DNA of 53,732 bases from Candidatus Micrarchaeota archaeon (GTDB lineage Archaea > Micrarchaeota > Micrarchaeia > Anstonellales > Bilamarchaeaceae), in contig JBBITJ010000003.1 of assembly GCA_037440825.1 (NCBI GenBank), positions 1 through 53,732 of the forward strand. Direction: 5' to 3'. Position 1 is the stretch's first letter; every line of letters starts with the position of its first letter. The position numbers were made by a program, and so were the translations under genes. The notes below the pieces were generated by a model. It was not told the DNA's origin, made no database searches, and saw only the letters and a list, made by a program, of their open reading frames with translations. Below are positions 51,345-53,732 of the stretch, one piece after another.

Positions 51345-53717
51345 GTGGCTTATGTCAAGTGGTTCGAGCAGCTGAACAACTCTTCATTGCAGGAGGCAGG
51401 CGGCAAAGGCGCAAACCTCGGCGAAATGGCTAACGCGGGCTTCCCGATCCCTCCCGGCTTCGTGGTCGTGAGCGACGCCTACTTCAAGCACCTGGACCAC
51501 AACAACCTCAGGCAGCAGATAAAGAGCATACTGGACGGCCTGAACGTGGACGACAACGAGAAGCTCAACAAGGCGAGCGAAGATATAAAATCCCTCATCT
51601 TCAGCGGAGAAATGCCTCCTGAAATCCAGCAGGAGGTGAAATCCCAGTACGAGAAGCTCAACGAAAAGCTGGGCAAGGAGTGTTACGTTGCCGTGAGGAG
51701 CTCGGCAACGGCCGAAGACCTGCCTACAGCCAGCTTCGCAGGCCAGCAGAGCACCTACCTCAACATAAAAGGCAGCGACAACGTCTTGGAAGCGGTGAAG
51801 GAATGCTGGGCGTCGCTCTTCGAGCCGCGTGCCATCTATTACAGGGTGCAGAACAAGTTTGAGCACATGAAGGTCGGGCTCGCGGTCGTAGTTCAGTTGA
51901 TGGTGCAGAGCGAGCGCTCCGGAGTGATGTTCACGGTGGATCCTATTTCGCAGGACAGGAACGTGATGACTATAGAGGGCGCGTACGGCCTCGGCGAGAC
52001 CGTGGTGAGCGGTCAGGTCACCCCGGACACATACCACGTGAGCAAGTCCGACATGCGGGTGATGGACAAATCCGTGTCCAAGCAGAGCTGGATGCTCATA
52101 AAGATCGGTGAGAAGAACGAGCGCGCGGAGATAAGGGAGGAGGCGCAGCAGAGGCAGAAGCTCACGGACGAGCAGATAATCGAGCTCGCGAAAATAGGGA
52201 AGAAGATAGAAGACCACTACGGCTCGCCGCAGGACATAGAGTGGGCGACCAGCGACGGGATCATATACGTGCTCCAGTCCAGGCCGATCACCACGCTCAA
52301 CAAGAAGGAGGAGAAAACCGCGGCTGAAAAGTTGAGCACCGTGGAGAGCAGGAAGCAGAGCATAACCAGTGCGAAAGTGCTCCTCAAGGGGCTTGCTGCT
52401 TCGCCCGGAGTCAGAAGCGGCAAGGTCAGGATCTGCAAGAACGCCAAGGAGATCGACAAGGTGAAGCAGGGTGACGTGCTCGTGGCCACCATGACCACTC
52501 CTGACTACGTGCCTGCGATGAAGAAAGCGGCCGCGATAGTCACGGACCAGGGCGGCATGACCAGCCACGCGGCAATCGTTTCAAGGGAGCTGGGCGTGCC
52601 GTGCATCGTCGGTTCAGGGAAGGCGACCACAGAGCTGCAGGAAGACATGCTGATTACAGTGGACGGGGAGAAGGGAATCGTCTACGAAGGCGAAGTGATA
52701 GCCAAGGTCGTGGAGGGGCCCGACCTTGTCTCAGGGCTCGTAGCGAAACCGGAGTTTCCGATCACGGGAACTAAGATCTACGTGAACATGGCCGAAGTGG
52801 AGCTTGCGGAGAAGACCTCGAAGCTCCCAGTGGACGGAGTTGGGCTGCTCAGGGCGGAATTCATGGTCGCCGCCATAGGCCAGCACCCGCGCAAGATACT
52901 CGAGGAGGGCAGGAAGCAGGAGTACATAAACAAGCTCGCCGAAGGCCTGCAGAGGTTCGCGGCAGCGTTCTACCCGCGCCCGGTCGTTTACCGTGCGACG
53001 GATTTCAAGACGAACGAGTACAGAAACCTCGAAGGAGGCGACAAGTACGAGCCGCAGGAAGAGAACCCGATGATGGGCTACCGCGGCGCGTCCAGGTACA
53101 TCCAGGAGCCAGAGATATTCAAGATGGAGCTGGAGGCGATAAAGAAGGTGCGCGACGAGTTCGGGTTGAAGAACCTCTGGCTAATGATTCCGTTCGTGCG
53201 CAGGATCGGCGAGCTGCGGGCGATAAAGGAGATAATGCAGGAAGTCCATCTCTACCGCACGCGCGACTTCAAGCTCTGGATAATGGTCGAGGTTCCGAGC
53301 ACCGTGTTCCTGATAGACCAGTTCTGCCAGGAAGGGATAGACGGAATATCCATCGGAAGCAACGACCTCACCCAGCTCACCCTGGGGATAGATCGGGACA
53401 ACGCGACGCTCTCGAAAGGGTTCGATGAAAGGAACGAGGCGGTGTACCGGGCGATAAAGCACGTGGTGGAGACCTGCAACCAGTACGGCGTGACAAGCTC
53501 GCTGTGCGGCCAGGCGCCTTCAGTATATCCAGAGTTCGCCGAGAAGCTGGTGGAATTCGGGATCACGAGCATATCCGTGAATCCGGACGCGGTGGACAGG
53601 GTCAGGCACATAGTGGCAAGCGCGGAGCAGAAGATAATGCTCAAGAGGCTCGCGAAGCTGACTGCGGCGCTCAAGGAGGACTCGAAGGAGAAGTTCGACT
53701 TCGGCAGGGACCAGTAA
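51345..53717 (+). CDS. ppsA: phosphoenolpyruvate synthase (pyruvate, water dikinase)
   Basis: 790 aa. It has 'GGKGANLGEM', the phosphohistidine swivel 'GGMTSHAAIVSRELGVPCIVG' and a C-terminal PEP-utilising TIM domain ('GSNDLTQL'). It has a GTG start. Confidence 0.95.
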   Translation: MAYVKWFEQLNNSSLQEAGGKGANLGEMANAGFPIPPGFVVVSDAYFKHLDHNNLRQQIKSILDGLNVDDNEKLNKASEDIKSLIFSGEMPPEIQQEVKSQYEKLNEKLGKECYVAVRSSATAEDLPTASFAGQQSTYLNIKGSDNVLEAVKECWASLFEPRAIYYRVQNKFEHMKVGLAVVVQLMVQSERSGVMFTVDPISQDRNVMTIEGAYGLGETVVSGQVTPDTYHVSKSDMRVMDKSVSKQSWMLIKIGEKNERAEIREEAQQRQKLTDEQIIELAKIGKKIEDHYGSPQDIEWATSDGIIYVLQSRPITTLNKKEEKTAAEKLSTVESRKQSITSAKVLLKGLAASPGVRSGKVRICKNAKEIDKVKQGDVLVATMTTPDYVPAMKKAAAIVTDQGGMTSHAAIVSRELGVPCIVGSGKATTELQEDMLITVDGEKGIVYEGEVIAKVVEGPDLVSGLVAKPEFPITGTKIYVNMAEVELAEKTSKLPVDGVGLLRAEFMVAAIGQHPRKILEEGRKQEYINKLAEGLQRFAAAFYPRPVVYRATDFKTNEYRNLEGGDKYEPQEENPMMGYRGASRYIQEPEIFKMELEAIKKVRDEFGLKNLWLMIPFVRRIGELRAIKEIMQEVHLYRTRDFKLWIMVEVPSTVFLIDQFCQEGIDGISIGSNDLTQLTLGIDRDNATLSKGFDERNEAVYRAIKHVVETCNQYGVTSSLCGQAPSVYPEFAEKLVEFGITSISVNPDAVDRVRHIVASAEQKIMLKRLAKLTAALKEDSKEKFDFGRDQ

Positions 53718-53732
53718 GAGGAGCATACAAGC

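Overview
This is an archaeal chromosomal window. Archaea-specific markers include aEF-1beta, Rpo11/RpoL, exosome Csl4, archaeal DnaG, ribosomal eS1 (S3Ae), RNase P Rpp29, NAC, CDP-archaeol synthase and membrane-bound LonB. By eye it is moderately GC-rich and very tightly packed, with many ATGA/TAATG start-stop overlaps, SD-like GGTGA sites, and TATA boxes about 25 nt upstream of the ATG (probably leaderless mRNAs). I call about 65 protein genes and 3 tRNAs (Arg-GCG, Arg-CCG, Asn-GUU), and found no rRNA or CRISPR. Most genes are housekeeping: leuS, serS, ppsA, carA plus a transcarbamylase, L11, S15, S3Ae, fni, lonB, dnaG, rnhA, an ITPase, and an RNA ligase with its PIN partner. Many long ORFs in the supplied track are antisense shadows of real genes. 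Several real genes start downstream of the track start, and four plausible genes are shorter than 60 aa and so are missing from the track. Two blocks are not explained by known families. (1) 6643-13484 holds six co-directional, translationally coupled genes for paralogous polytopic membrane proteins. They share an N-terminal helix motif, an R-[ST]-[FM]-x-x-T-R-x-x-G...[YF]-P core and a common C-terminal tail, and I cannot assign them to any family. This is my best candidate for an undescribed membrane system. (2) 24076-29162 holds SppA, a Cys-rich anchored protein and five proteins with type IV prepilin-like (class III) N-termini. No assembly ATPase, platform protein or prepilin peptidase is in the window. 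A dispersed family of degenerate 7-nt-phased GTTYC/GRAAC arrays occurs at 12 or more loci. Some lie inside unusually long N-terminal leaders of secreted proteins, and one is a perfect (GTTCCCA)x3 repeat. Other points of interest are two tRNA-Arg paralogs sharing a strongly conserved 3' trailer, four back-to-back hairpins, a 150-nt element with 14-bp terminal inverted repeats, a decayed ORF beside an apparently orphan methyltransferase, and a bacterial-type carboxy(nor)spermidine gene pair. All functional calls rest on motif and family recognition by eye; no searches were run.
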